In this document: positions 50,604 through 60,085 of the stretch, in pieces | Layout of the letters: every line of letters begins with the position of its first letter | Numbering within the stretch: position 1 is the stretch's first letter | Assembly (NCBI GenBank): GCA_963771075.1 | Contig: CAVYSE010000011.1 | Location: 64,001-128,000 of the forward strand | Length of the DNA stretch: 64,000 bases | Origin: a candidate division FCPU426 bacterium | GTDB lineage: Bacteria > Oederibacteriota > Muellerivitia > Muellerivitales > Muellerivitaceae | Direction: 5' to 3' | Position numbers and translations under genes: made by a program | The notes under the pieces: generated by a model | The model's input: the letters and a program-made list of their open reading frames with translations, nothing else | The model's database searches: none | What the model was told of the DNA's origin: nothing

Positions 50604-51059
50604 TTGCCCTATTATCAAAGCCGGGATGAGATCGTGATCAATGCCCCGCTCGAAAGGGCTTACCGAGCCCTGACCGATTGGGAAGAAAGATCCCGATGGC
50701 GCAAGGGGATGAGAATCCACTGGCATGGAAGCCCCCGGGCCTTTGTGGGCCAGGAAATAAACTTCGATATCGCGGAAACTATTCCGCCCGCCCGCTTCGG
50801 CTATCGAATAACCGGGTTGGAGCCAAACCAGCGGATCTTTATGGAATATCAGGGATGTTCCTTGGAGGGGAGGGCGGCCATAGAGGTCACCCCCCTTGAA
50901 AAGGGATGCAGGGTCGCCTTTTATTGGATGAAGGTCCGGCCGAAGGGTTTTCTCGCCTGGCTTTATTTCAGGTTGGGTTGGGGGCTCGCGTCCCATAAAA
51001 GAAGGACCCGTCAAACACTTGAATTGCTGAAAAAACATTTTGAAAGCACTGATCACTAG
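50604..51059 (+). CDS. SRPBCC/START-like protein
   Basis: AAGGAG SD with TTG start; I.INAPLERAYRALTD....W. Confidence 0.75.
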   Translation: MPYYQSRDEIVINAPLERAYRALTDWEERSRWRKGMRIHWHGSPRAFVGQEINFDIAETIPPARFGYRITGLEPNQRIFMEYQGCSLEGRAAIEVTPLEKGCRVAFYWMKVRPKGFLAWLYFRLGWGLASHKRRTRQTLELLKKHFESTDH

Positions 51060-51163
51060 CGCCGATATCGAAAGATTGATTTGATGCTTATTGTGGTCTT
51101 ATCATGCCATCCCTGCCGGTTTCCTAAAGTGTTTTGAAAAAAAGTTATTTCGGGGAGAAATCC

Positions 51164-52324
51164 ATGAATCTTTCTCAAGACCAAATCAAACGCTATACCC
51201 GCCATATTCTCCTGCCGGAGGTGGGGGTGACCGGCCAGAAAAAAATGTTGGAATCCAAGGTCCTGGTGGTGGGGGCGGGCGGATTAGGCTGTCCGATCTC
51301 ACTTTATTTAGCCGCTGCCGGGGTGGGAACCATCGGCTTGGTGGATTTTGACACCGTGGACGCCAGCAACCTGCAACGACAGATACTCTTCACCACCGAG
51401 GACGTGGGAAAACCCAAGGTGGAGGTGGCCGCCAAGCGACTGAAGGCCCTGAACCCCGATGTGGTGGTGAACCCCTACGCCGTGGCCCTCAAGAGCGACA
51501 ACATCCTGGGCATCCTGAAAGATTACGACCTGATCATCGATGGGACGGATAATTTCCCGACCCGCTATCTCACTAACGACGCGGCGGTCCTACAGGGCAA
51601 GCCCAACGTGTACGGTTCGATCTTCCGCTTCGAGGGCCAGGTGACCGTGTTCAAGACTCCCGAGGGGCCCTGCTACCGGTGCCTTTATCCCGAGCCGCCT
51701 CCGCCGGGAGAAGTGCCCTCCTGCGCCGAGGGCGGGGTGATGGGCGCCATGGTGGGGACCGTTGGCGCCATCCAGGCCACCGAGGCCATCAAGCTTATCG
51801 CCGGCATCGGCAAGCCCGCTATCGGCAAGTTCGTCATCTACAACTCGCTCGACATGAATTTCCGTACCCTCAAACTACACAAGGATCCGGCCTGCCCTAT
51901 CTGCGGGCCTAACCGCACCATCCATGAACTGATCGACTACGAGATGTTCTGCGGCATGAAGGTAGAGGATACCCAGACCCAGGAGGTCAAGGTGAACGGA
52001 AAGGAAGAGATCACTGTCTTGGAACTCAAGGTCAAGCGGGACGAGAACCAGGATTTTCTTCTTTTGGATGTGCGCGAGCCCAATGAGTATGAGATCGCCC
52101 ATATTGAGGGCTCGACCCTCCTTCCCTTGTCCCAACTGCCCAGCCGGTTCCATGAACTGGACAAGTTCAAAGGCAAGGAGATTGTGGTGCACTGCAAGAG
52201 CGGTGTGCGCAGCAAAAAAGCGATCCACTTTTTGAAGGAACAAGGGTTTTCGAATCTCGTTAACGTGGCGGGCGGCATCCTGGGTTGGAGCGACCAGGTG
52301 GATTCGTCGGTTCCAAAGTACTAA
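51164..52324 (+). CDS. moeZ: MoeB/ThiF adenylyltransferase with rhodanese domain (MoeZ)
   Basis: RYTRHI, GAGGLG, SNLQRQ, DGTDNF, CYRC, CPIC, LLDVREP.E, HCKSGVRS. Confidence 0.93.
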   Translation: MNLSQDQIKRYTRHILLPEVGVTGQKKMLESKVLVVGAGGLGCPISLYLAAAGVGTIGLVDFDTVDASNLQRQILFTTEDVGKPKVEVAAKRLKALNPDVVVNPYAVALKSDNILGILKDYDLIIDGTDNFPTRYLTNDAAVLQGKPNVYGSIFRFEGQVTVFKTPEGPCYRCLYPEPPPPGEVPSCAEGGVMGAMVGTVGAIQATEAIKLIAGIGKPAIGKFVIYNSLDMNFRTLKLHKDPACPICGPNRTIHELIDYEMFCGMKVEDTQTQEVKVNGKEEITVLELKVKRDENQDFLLLDVREPNEYEIAHIEGSTLLPLSQLPSRFHELDKFKGKEIVVHCKSGVRSKKAIHFLKEQGFSNLVNVAGGILGWSDQVDSSVPKY

Positions 52325-52342
52325 AAACGAAAATAAAAATAC

Positions 52343-52521
52343 TTAGAGACTATAACAATATCCGAGTACTCCAAGTAAGTGCAACACTTAGTGCCTGAAG
52401 AAGGCCGCATTTGGCGGCCACAGAGGCACAGAAAAAAACTTTCTTCATTCAAGTAATCTTAAACCCATTGTCCGGGTTTACTTTGTCCCCTTTCGTTCAA
52501 AAGGCGAAAGAAATCGGGACA
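52343..52521 (+). repeat. Multi-hairpin dispersed repeat, copy 1 (MITE or structured RNA)
   Basis: Shares TTAGAGACTATAACAATA and an approximately 120-nt core with 62642-62794. Confidence 0.85.
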
Positions 52522-52554
52522 TCCGTGGCTCATAAATCTTTTTGAAGGAATTGG

Positions 52555-53172
52555 GTGATGCCGCCTGAAGAAACAAAAATAATCGGGATCGCGACCATTC
52601 AATTCGGTTCGTCTTTTAAAGCCCATGTGGATTACCAGACCCTCGAGGAAGACCCCATCGCCCGGGAGCGGGATGAAATCCAGCTTTTTTGCCTCTCCAC
52701 CGCGCGGCTGCTTTTTCTTTTGGGGGAGAATAAACAGGCGGGTATGTTGCTGAGGTATCTTCAACAGGCCATGGGGGATACGGTTACCGCGAAGGGGCTG
52801 TTCAGGCCGGCCATCCTTGGGAAGAAACAAGAACTTTTGTCGACGGCTCCCGAAAAGCCCGAAAAGACTGTGGTCTTAAAGTTGACGCAAGAACCGGACG
52901 GGCGCCTGGCCGAATTAATCCTGCCCCTCGACAACGAGGGCCATACTTATCCGGTGACCTGCGTCTTTTTCCTGCAACATCTCATCCGCACCCTCGGGGA
53001 TCCCTCCCTTTTTTTTCTTATGCTGGTACTGGCGGGGATGATGGAATATTACGAAGCAATAGGAAAAACGAACGACTTAAAGTCATTGGTGGACGCGCCG
53101 GTCTACGGTTTTTCCGGGGCCACCCGCACGATTGATGAGGAGAGACGGAAAGGCCAAACACCCCGACCCTAA
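52555..53172 (+). CDS. Hypothetical protein
   Basis: GAAGGA SD, 205-aa ORF filling the gap. Confidence 0.7.
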   Translation: MMPPEETKIIGIATIQFGSSFKAHVDYQTLEEDPIARERDEIQLFCLSTARLLFLLGENKQAGMLLRYLQQAMGDTVTAKGLFRPAILGKKQELLSTAPEKPEKTVVLKLTQEPDGRLAELILPLDNEGHTYPVTCVFFLQHLIRTLGDPSLFFLMLVLAGMMEYYEAIGKTNDLKSLVDAPVYGFSGATRTIDEERRKGQTPRP

Positions 53173-54080
53173 TTCTCCTTTTTTTCCACACTCAGGAAAT
53201 GAAGCGCTTCCCTTGTCTCATCCGGGTCCTTATTCAGCGCCACGACCCTCTTGAAATAAATCCGAGCCGCTTTTTTCTTCCCCAAACTCGCCAGGAGACG
53301 ACCGATATTGCCCAGGACCATACAATTGGTTTCATCCCGGTTAAAAGCGAACAACAGGTACTTCAAGGCATACCGGGAATTGCCTTGAAATTGAAACGAG
53401 ACTGCCAGGGCGTTGTAGCTTAAGGGATCCCGACCGTTGAAGGTCATGGCCAGCCGGGCCAGCCGGGCCGCCTTGGCCGCTTGGCCGGGACCTAAGCTGA
53501 AATAATAAGCCTCCGCCTCCATGAGGGCGTTTGCCAGAAGGATCTTGGGGGGTGCGGGGGCTTCTTTCCCCGGAATCCATTTGCAAATATCGTCATTCCG
53601 GTCGTTTTTTTGTAGGGTTTGGGCCAGGAGGGCGTATTGGTCCTCGAACCGTCCGAGCGCCTGGTCCACTCGCGATAAACCCAACACGAGGTCCAAACGA
53701 TCCGGTAGGTTTTGCAGGGCGTGGTTCCAGGATTTGTCCACGGATAATAAAACTTCCCGGTTCCAACGGACCGGGGGAGGAGTCAGGTTCCAATAAGGAT
53801 ACTTAAGAAAAGGTGTTTCGCTCTGGTCAAGGGGTTCCCCTTCCTTCAGGGCGGCCTGGGACCAATCCAAATATCCTTGTGCGGCTGGAATTTCCATATC
53901 CTTGGGAGAATAGGATTTCCATTCCCGAAGCGTCTTTTCCATTCCCTTTTTATCATTGGAATCTTTTTGGGAATAAAAGCGGTCAATGAAATCGCGATCC
54001 GGTGGAAGAGCCCAAAGGGGATCGACCGCGGCGAGTAAACCGGCGAGAGCAAAGGCCCATCGTAAAGATAAGGCCTTCAT
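53169..54080 (-). CDS. Exported TPR-repeat protein
   Basis: Signal peptide; PDRLD..LG; SYNALA, GNIGRLL..LGK..AA..YF..V TPR pattern. Confidence 0.75.
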   Translation of the reverse strand: MKALSLRWAFALAGLLAAVDPLWALPPDRDFIDRFYSQKDSNDKKGMEKTLREWKSYSPKDMEIPAAQGYLDWSQAALKEGEPLDQSETPFLKYPYWNLTPPPVRWNREVLLSVDKSWNHALQNLPDRLDLVLGLSRVDQALGRFEDQYALLAQTLQKNDRNDDICKWIPGKEAPAPPKILLANALMEAEAYYFSLGPGQAAKAARLARLAMTFNGRDPLSYNALAVSFQFQGNSRYALKYLLFAFNRDETNCMVLGNIGRLLASLGKKKAARIYFKRVVALNKDPDETREALHFLSVEKKEN

Positions 54081-54586
54081 CCAAATAGTTTATGGATCAG
54101 GGAGGAGTTCTTGGTTTCAAGGGTGTAGTAAACCAGGTAGACCAGCCCGGAGAGGATCACCAAAAGGTTGATGAGGCTGGAGATGCCATGGGCCTTTCCA
54201 AATTCCTTGCTTAAGCTTTCCGCCTGGACCGTGTTCTTGGCTTCCGCGGCGGCGATGCGGTCCACCCTCAATTGAGCGGTTTTGGGGCCGATCCACATCC
54301 CTTGGGCCAAGGAGAACAATAGCATGAGATAAAGGGCGGTTATCTTGACGCAATCCTGGGGGTCGTTAGGTTTGATGGGATGGAGAAAGTGATAGGTAAC
54401 GATCATTACCAGTCCGCAGGTGTAGCTGATATAGTAAAAAGGGGGGAAGAGCTTGCTTTGAACCAAGCCGAAAAGGTCGCGGGGAAGGGTCTTGAAGAGG
54501 ACCGGCGCCTGGATGAAAGTAAAATAAAGCAGGGTGCCGTACCAGAAGACGAATGTGAAAAGATGCAAAAAACGGAGAAAGGCCAT
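54077..54586 (-). CDS. DUF4149/TMEM205-family membrane protein
   Basis: AP.LFK.LPR..FG.VQSKLFP, F...HG.S..INL. Confidence 0.88.
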   Translation of the reverse strand: MAFLRFLHLFTFVFWYGTLLYFTFIQAPVLFKTLPRDLFGLVQSKLFPPFYYISYTCGLVMIVTYHFLHPIKPNDPQDCVKITALYLMLLFSLAQGMWIGPKTAQLRVDRIAAAEAKNTVQAESLSKEFGKAHGISSLINLLVILSGLVYLVYYTLETKNSSLIHKLFG

Positions 54587-54665
54587 GGAGCCCCCTTGAC
54601 GGAACTGGGGTTATTCTATGCGAGCCACACCCCGCAATCAACGCGGGTTCCTGAAGGGGAGGGAG

Positions 54666-55010
54666 ATGCCTGAAAACTCACCGAAAGCCAAGATCCATTT
54701 TCTAAAATCGGGACAATCATGCGAAGTGGAGGGAGGGGATACGCTGGTGGACGCCACCTTCCGCTTTGACCTGCCCATCCGGTATCGGTGCGAGCGGGCC
54801 GTCTGCGCCACATGCCTGACGGAAGTTTTGGGAGGGATGGAAAATCTTTCGCCACCCACGGATAGGGAAAGGCAAACCCTGGCTTCGATCCAGGCGAAGC
54901 CCACATGGAGGCTGGCCTGCCAATGCCAGGTGCTGGGGGACGTGAAGTTGGATTACATCCCCATCACGGACGAAAGAAGGCGCGCCAACCCGAACCCGGA
55001 ACAGTTATAG
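54666..55010 (+). CDS. 2Fe-2S ferredoxin (adrenodoxin-like)
   Basis: C-x4-C-x2-C (CERAVCATC) and RLACQ; GGAGG SD. Confidence 0.9.
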   Translation: MPENSPKAKIHFLKSGQSCEVEGGDTLVDATFRFDLPIRYRCERAVCATCLTEVLGGMENLSPPTDRERQTLASIQAKPTWRLACQCQVLGDVKLDYIPITDERRRANPNPEQL

Positions 55011-55457
55011 GGCTTCCAATACCTCGTCCACATGGCCTTTGACGCTCACCGGCGACCAAACCTTTTTGACCTTGCCGTCCTTGCCGATGAGGAATGTGGA
55101 CCGCACGATCCCCATGAACTCCCGGCCCATGAATTTCTTTTTCTGCCAGACGCCGTAAGCCTTCAACATTTCCTTTTTCTCGTCGGAGAGAAGGGTGAAG
55201 GGAAGTCCGTATTTTTCCTTGAAGGCCTGGTGTTTTTTCACTGGGTCCGCGCTGACTCCCAACACGACCGCGCCCTTCTTCTTGACCCTTTCCCAGTTAT
55301 CGCGGAAGTCGCAGGCTTCCTGGGTGCAGCCTGGGGTCATGTCCTTAGGATAAAAATAAAGCACGACCGGGTTGCCTTTGAAGTTTTTTAAGGAGACCTT
55401 TTCACCCCTGTCGTTTTCCAGGGAAAAGTCGGGAGCTTTTGAACCCTCTTGAATCAT
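55005..55457 (-). CDS. bcp: Thioredoxin-dependent thiol peroxidase
   Basis: [26 protein letters not shown]. Confidence 0.95.
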   Translation of the reverse strand: MIQEGSKAPDFSLENDRGEKVSLKNFKGNPVVLYFYPKDMTPGCTQEACDFRDNWERVKKKGAVVLGVSADPVKKHQAFKEKYGLPFTLLSDEKKEMLKAYGVWQKKKFMGREFMGIVRSTFLIGKDGKVKKVWSPVSVKGHVDEVLEAL

Positions 55458-55797
55458 GGATAGCCTCTTGACGCATATTCGTGGCACCTAGGGAATCCGA
55501 GTTTCGTCAAAATCGGCCATGAGAATCCAGATACGGAAGGTGTAAAAATTGTTAAAAATGTGTAAATTATGACACTTATAAGACAATATTGACCTTTTTT
55601 GAGAGTTTATATACTTTGATAAAAAATAATAACTGTATTTTTTACATTATTTTACAATGTTTTTAAGCGACATTATCTTTTTTTATATAACTTTAAAGGT
55701 ACAGTCGCTATACTTTCATATAAGAATCTTTTGACCTACAAAGGACGCTTTTTCCTAGCCCACTCAAGTAAGGTGCAAAAGAATTGGGGAGACGAAC

Positions 55798-56466
55798 ATG
55801 AATTTTTATTTTTCGCTTTTTCAGCTTATTGAAACCGTTGAATCTTTGGGCCGTAATGTCCAGCACCTGGCCAGCCGGGCCCTGCGCATCAGCCCCCGGG
55901 ACGCCCGGGCCAACCGCGAACTTCTCGAGCAATGCGAAATGAAGATCAACGAAGTCAAGGTGCTCCTGAACAACAAAACCCACATCAGCAAGATCACCCT
56001 TCGTAAGGCAGCCCTCCTTTTCCAGGTTTTGGACCTCTTTTACCGCCGCCTGTTGGTGCTTTCCAGCGCCACGGCCACGGTCGGCCAGGAAGATGAGGTT
56101 TCGATCAAATTACTTTGGCAGCTCTTGGCCTCCGCGCAAAAACATTACCAGGTCATCGTGAAGACGCTTTATGACTTGACCGGGATTCCGGTGACTTTGA
56201 CGGTCACGGGCCACTTAACCGAGCCGACTGACGCCGCTTCCTTCCAGGGTCTTTTGCAAAAAGAAGTGTCCCTCCAGCAGGAATCCCTGAAGCAGTTGGA
56301 AAAAGCCATCGAGGTGTTCGGCGAGGAACAAGAATTGGCCGACAGGCTTTCCTTGATCCGCAAGGATCTCCTGGAAATGAAGAAGCGCTTCAAACAATAT
56401 GCCGCTCCCGTATCGGGGGAGAAGAACGAATCGGCGTCCCTTCCCCCGAGCTTGTCCAAGAATTAA
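55798..56466 (+). CDS. Helical hypothetical protein with degenerate ferritin-like C-terminal domain
   Basis: GGGAG SD; KH..I...L..L.G.P followed by two long helices, the bacterioferritin spacing. Confidence 0.6.
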   Translation: MNFYFSLFQLIETVESLGRNVQHLASRALRISPRDARANRELLEQCEMKINEVKVLLNNKTHISKITLRKAALLFQVLDLFYRRLLVLSSATATVGQEDEVSIKLLWQLLASAQKHYQVIVKTLYDLTGIPVTLTVTGHLTEPTDAASFQGLLQKEVSLQQESLKQLEKAIEVFGEEQELADRLSLIRKDLLEMKKRFKQYAAPVSGEKNESASLPPSLSKN

Positions 56467-56507
56467 GATTTGATCTTGGATTTGATCTTGTTGATGGCGG
56501 AAACGGT

Positions 56508-57806
56508 TTGAGCCCCCGGCGTTTCCGTCCTCCCGCCCTCTATACCAAGGCTCCCTTTTTGAGGGAAGTTTTGGATGGACTGCCAGAGTCGGTCAAGATC
56601 ATCGACACGCAGTTTCGGTTGGTTTTCGCCAACAGCCTCTCCCGCCAAAACCTGGGAAAAAGCCTGGATGAGCTCAGGGGGCTTCCTTGCCACAAGGCCT
56701 TTTACGGCTTCGCGGAGAAGTGCTTTTTCTGCAACGCCAAAAAAGTTTTCGAATCGGGCCAGCCCCACTTGGGTTACACCACCCTGGCGGTGCGCGGCGC
56801 CAACCGGGAATTTCAAGTTTCCATTTTCCCCCTTTGGGACGGCACCCGGCGGAAAGTCGATTACGTCGTGGAGGTTGTAAAGGATATCACCGAAATCTCC
56901 AAGGGAGCGCCCATGCCGCAAAACGCGGGCAGCATCAGCAGCCGCGACAAGCGTTTCCAGTTGGTTTTTGAGCAAATGGCCCATTGGGCCGACGATGGAT
57001 GGCCGGTGTTGCTCCAGGGCGAGAAGGGAACGGGAAAAAAATCCTTCGCGAGGGCGTTGCACCAAAGGTCCCGCCGGGCGGAATCCGGGTTCCACGTTTT
57101 TCATTGCCTTGATAACTCCGAGGGGGATTACCGCGATGGGCTTTTCGGTCCCGGAGGAGCATGGGAAAAGGCGGCGGGTGGAACCCTCTACCTGGATGAG
57201 ATTTGCAATTTGGGGGAAGCCAGCCAGGAGCAATTAGCTTCCCTTTTAGCCAAGCCCGCCGGAGCCAAGGAACCCAGGGTCGTGGCGTCGACGCGGCAGG
57301 ATATTGAACAACTGGTGCACCAGGAAGTCATCCGGCTGGACCTATTCAACCGGTTCGCTTCCCGCGCCCTGAGGCTGCCTTCCCTGCGGGAACGCCCACA
57401 GGACCTTCCTTTTTTGGCCCAGCATTTCATCGAGACCTACCGCGTGGTCACGGGTTCCCCGGCCCAGAAACTGGGCCCCCAAGCCATGGCCCAATTGATG
57501 GCCTATCCCTGGCCCGGGAACCTCCGGGAACTGGAAACCCAGGTCGAGCGGGCCTGCCTAATGGCCGCCAGCTCGCAGATCGAGAAGCTGGACGTAGGGA
57601 TTCATCTCCCCGCGGGAGAAAAGCTTGGGGAGCGGATGGACCTGACCGAAAGGGCTTACCTGGCGGATACCCTGGCGAAGACCAAGGGAAAGGTCCGGGA
57701 GACGGCCAAGCTGGCGGGTTTGAGCCCCAAAACCCTCCAGCGAAAGATGCGTAAGTATGGCCTCAAACCTGAGGATTATCGGCGCCTTCCTGATTCCACT
57801 CCCTGA
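56508..57806 (+). CDS. PAS + sigma54-activator-type AAA+ + Fis HTH regulator lacking GAFTGA
   Basis: GEKGTGK, GGTLYLDEI, DLFNRF, PSLRER, YPWPGNLREL, C-terminal HTH. Confidence 0.88.
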   Translation: MSPRRFRPPALYTKAPFLREVLDGLPESVKIIDTQFRLVFANSLSRQNLGKSLDELRGLPCHKAFYGFAEKCFFCNAKKVFESGQPHLGYTTLAVRGANREFQVSIFPLWDGTRRKVDYVVEVVKDITEISKGAPMPQNAGSISSRDKRFQLVFEQMAHWADDGWPVLLQGEKGTGKKSFARALHQRSRRAESGFHVFHCLDNSEGDYRDGLFGPGGAWEKAAGGTLYLDEICNLGEASQEQLASLLAKPAGAKEPRVVASTRQDIEQLVHQEVIRLDLFNRFASRALRLPSLRERPQDLPFLAQHFIETYRVVTGSPAQKLGPQAMAQLMAYPWPGNLRELETQVERACLMAASSQIEKLDVGIHLPAGEKLGERMDLTERAYLADTLAKTKGKVRETAKLAGLSPKTLQRKMRKYGLKPEDYRRLPDSTP

Positions 57807-57902
57807 GAATCTTTCTCAACCTTGCCGTGGGTTTCCATTCGGACAATTGCCAAAAAGATTTTTCTTCCGACACGATTCGTCCAAGATTCATTTTCGGCTT
57901 TC

Positions 57903-57931
57903 TTGACGCCCCATTTTCTCCACCTTAAACT
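57903..57931 (+). promoter_or_regulatory. Candidate sigma70 promoter of icd
   Basis: TTGACG-17 nt-TAAACT. Confidence 0.6.
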
Positions 57932-57995
57932 GCCAACGCATTTCTTTTTCGGGTCGGTTCTTGGACCCACTATCGTTTTTTAGGGGAGGCCGGTC

Positions 57996-59255
57996 TTGTC
58001 ATATTCTTATAAAAATGTCCAGGCGCCGAAAGGCGAGAAGGTTACGATCCAGAACGGGATCCTGAGGGTTCCCGATAATCCGATACTGCCTTTTATCGAA
58101 GGCGATGGAACTGGGCCCGATATTTGGCGCGCCTCGGTCCGCATTTTCGACGCCGCCGTGGAGAAAGCCTTTAAAGGGAAGAAAAAGATTTCTTGGTTCG
58201 AGGTTTTTGCCGGCCAGACCGCGTTCGACAAGTTCCAGAACTGGCTTCCCGACGATACCGTCGAGGCTTTCCGCGAATACCTGGTGGGCATTAAGGGCCC
58301 TTTGACGACCCCCGTGGGCGGGGGCATCCGGTCCCTCAACGTGGCCCTGCGCCAAATGCTTGACCTTTACGTTTGCCTTCGCCCGGTGCGCTATTTCCAG
58401 GGGGTGCCCTCTCCCGTCAAGCGTCCCGAGAAGGTGGATATGGTGATCTTCCGCGAGAACACCGAGGACATCTACGCCGGCATCGAGTGGCAGGAAGGCA
58501 CTCCCGAAGCCAAGAAGGTGATCGAATTCCTGCAAAAGGAAATGGGCGTCACAAAGATCCGTTTCCCCCAATCCTCGGGTATCGGCATCAAGCCGGTTTC
58601 CAAGGATGGGACGGAGCGGTTGGTGCGCGCGGCGATCCAATACGCCATTAAGAAAAAACGCAAGAGCGTGAATTTCGTGCACAAGGGCAACATCATGAAA
58701 TTCACCGAGGGCGCTTTCCGCGATTGGGGTTACGCCCTGGCCAAGAACGAGTTTGGCGCGGTGGAGCTGGATGGCGGGCCCTGGTGCAAGATCCCGGAAG
58801 GTAAGCCGGGCGCGGGCATCGTCATTAAGGATTCCATCGCCGATATCACCCTCCAGCAAACCCTGACCCGACCCGATGAGTTCGACGTCATCGCCACCCT
58901 CAACCTGAACGGCGACTACCTTTCGGACGCCCTGGCGGCCCAGGTCGGCGGCATCGGAATCGCCCCGGGCGGCAACATCAACTACGTATCGGGCCACGCG
59001 ATTTTCGAGGCCACCCACGGCACCGCACCCAAGTACGCTAACCTGGACAAGGTCAACCCGGGTTCGGTCGTTCTTTCGGGCGTCATGATGTTCGAGTATT
59101 TGGGCTGGCAGGAAGTGGCCGACCTGATCGTGAAGTCGCTGGACAAGACGATCGGACAGAGGGTGGTCACTTATGACTTCGCCCGCCTGACCGAGGGCGC
59201 GAAGGAAGTGAAATGCTCCGAGTTCGCCACGGCCGTCATCGCCAACATGGGATAA
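57996..59255 (+). CDS. icd: NADP-dependent isocitrate dehydrogenase (E. coli type)
   Basis: [41 protein letters not shown]. Confidence 0.98.
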   Translation: MSYSYKNVQAPKGEKVTIQNGILRVPDNPILPFIEGDGTGPDIWRASVRIFDAAVEKAFKGKKKISWFEVFAGQTAFDKFQNWLPDDTVEAFREYLVGIKGPLTTPVGGGIRSLNVALRQMLDLYVCLRPVRYFQGVPSPVKRPEKVDMVIFRENTEDIYAGIEWQEGTPEAKKVIEFLQKEMGVTKIRFPQSSGIGIKPVSKDGTERLVRAAIQYAIKKKRKSVNFVHKGNIMKFTEGAFRDWGYALAKNEFGAVELDGGPWCKIPEGKPGAGIVIKDSIADITLQQTLTRPDEFDVIATLNLNGDYLSDALAAQVGGIGIAPGGNINYVSGHAIFEATHGTAPKYANLDKVNPGSVVLSGVMMFEYLGWQEVADLIVKSLDKTIGQRVVTYDFARLTEGAKEVKCSEFATAVIANMG

Positions 59256-59314
59256 GGGTATTGAGCTTGAAAATATAAATAATTCTGACTTTAATTGGGC
59301 CTTTCAATGGAATA

Positions 59315-59962
59315 ATGAAAGGCCCTTTTTCTTTGAACCCCAAGCTTGTCATCCTCTTCGACCTCGACGGGACCCTGACCTACGGCGTTTCCACGACCCG
59401 TTATATTTTCCGGCATATGGGTGCCGAGGATTATTTCCGGCGTTTGGAAGAGGATTGGCTGGTGGAAAAGACCGATCACCTGACGCTGGCGAAAAAAGTG
59501 ACCCGGCGAATGAGGGGCTGGAAGATGACGGACATCCATCGCGCCCTGGCCCGGATACCGAAGATGAAAGGTATCCGTGAAACGGTGGGAACCCTAAAGA
59601 AAAGAGGGCATATCGTCGCTCTCTCCACACTGGGTTACGAGTTGTCCGCCCGATTTTTCCAGGACCTTTATGGTTTTGACGAGGCGAAGGGAACTAAGCT
59701 GGAAATCAAAAAAGGCCGGGTCACCGGCCGGGGCATGAAAATATTTGAGGAACATGAGAAGTCCCTTTTCCTCAAGGCCCTGGCCAAGCGGCACAGGGTT
59801 CCCTTGAAGAACACGGTCGCCCTGGGGGACAGCCGGTCGGACCGGGAGGTTTTCAAGGTGGCGGGAAAAAGGATCGCCGTCAACCCCGACCGGTTCCTTC
59901 ACGGCAAGGGAGATTGGGAAATAAAGGGCCGGGATTTGAGGTCTATCCTGGAGCACCTATGA
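59315..59962 (+). CDS. HAD-IB (phosphoserine phosphatase-like) hydrolase
   Basis: FDLDGTL, GDSRSD, IAVNP. Confidence 0.85.
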   Translation: MKGPFSLNPKLVILFDLDGTLTYGVSTTRYIFRHMGAEDYFRRLEEDWLVEKTDHLTLAKKVTRRMRGWKMTDIHRALARIPKMKGIRETVGTLKKRGHIVALSTLGYELSARFFQDLYGFDEAKGTKLEIKKGRVTGRGMKIFEEHEKSLFLKALAKRHRVPLKNTVALGDSRSDREVFKVAGKRIAVNPDRFLHGKGDWEIKGRDLRSILEHL

Positions 59963-59981
59963 ACCTAAAAACAGCAGTTAA

Positions 59982-60077
59982 ACCGCGAAGACGCGAAGAA
60001 AAACAAAAAAACTCTAAAACCAAATATTTGGGTTTTTGTATTTATTTTGAAAAATCTTTCCTTCGCGACTTCGCGGT
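59982..60077. repeat. 17-bp inverted repeat pair of 8-nt units
   Basis: ACCGCGAAGACGCGAAG / CTTCGCGACTTCGCGGT, 16/17 match, AT-rich spacer. Confidence 0.8.
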
Positions 60078-60085
60078 GAATATTT

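Noticed and set aside
51164..52324. MoeZ as the E1 of a ubiquitin-like or defence system
   Set aside because: Canonical MoeB-rhodanese with no neighbouring Ubl, E2, JAB or CD-NTase gene
55482..55500. TGGCAC as a sigma54 -24 box near the enhancer-binding protein
   Set aside because: No TTGC at -12, and the regulator lacks GAFTGA
55530..55730. AT-rich tract as a replication origin
   Set aside because: No TTATCCACA-type DnaA boxes and no dnaA/parAB context
57999..59018. Long antisense ORFs (for example 57999-59018, 16070-17110, 32618-33556, 11780-12643)
   Set aside because: Shadows of well-supported genes on the opposite strand in GC-rich coding DNA
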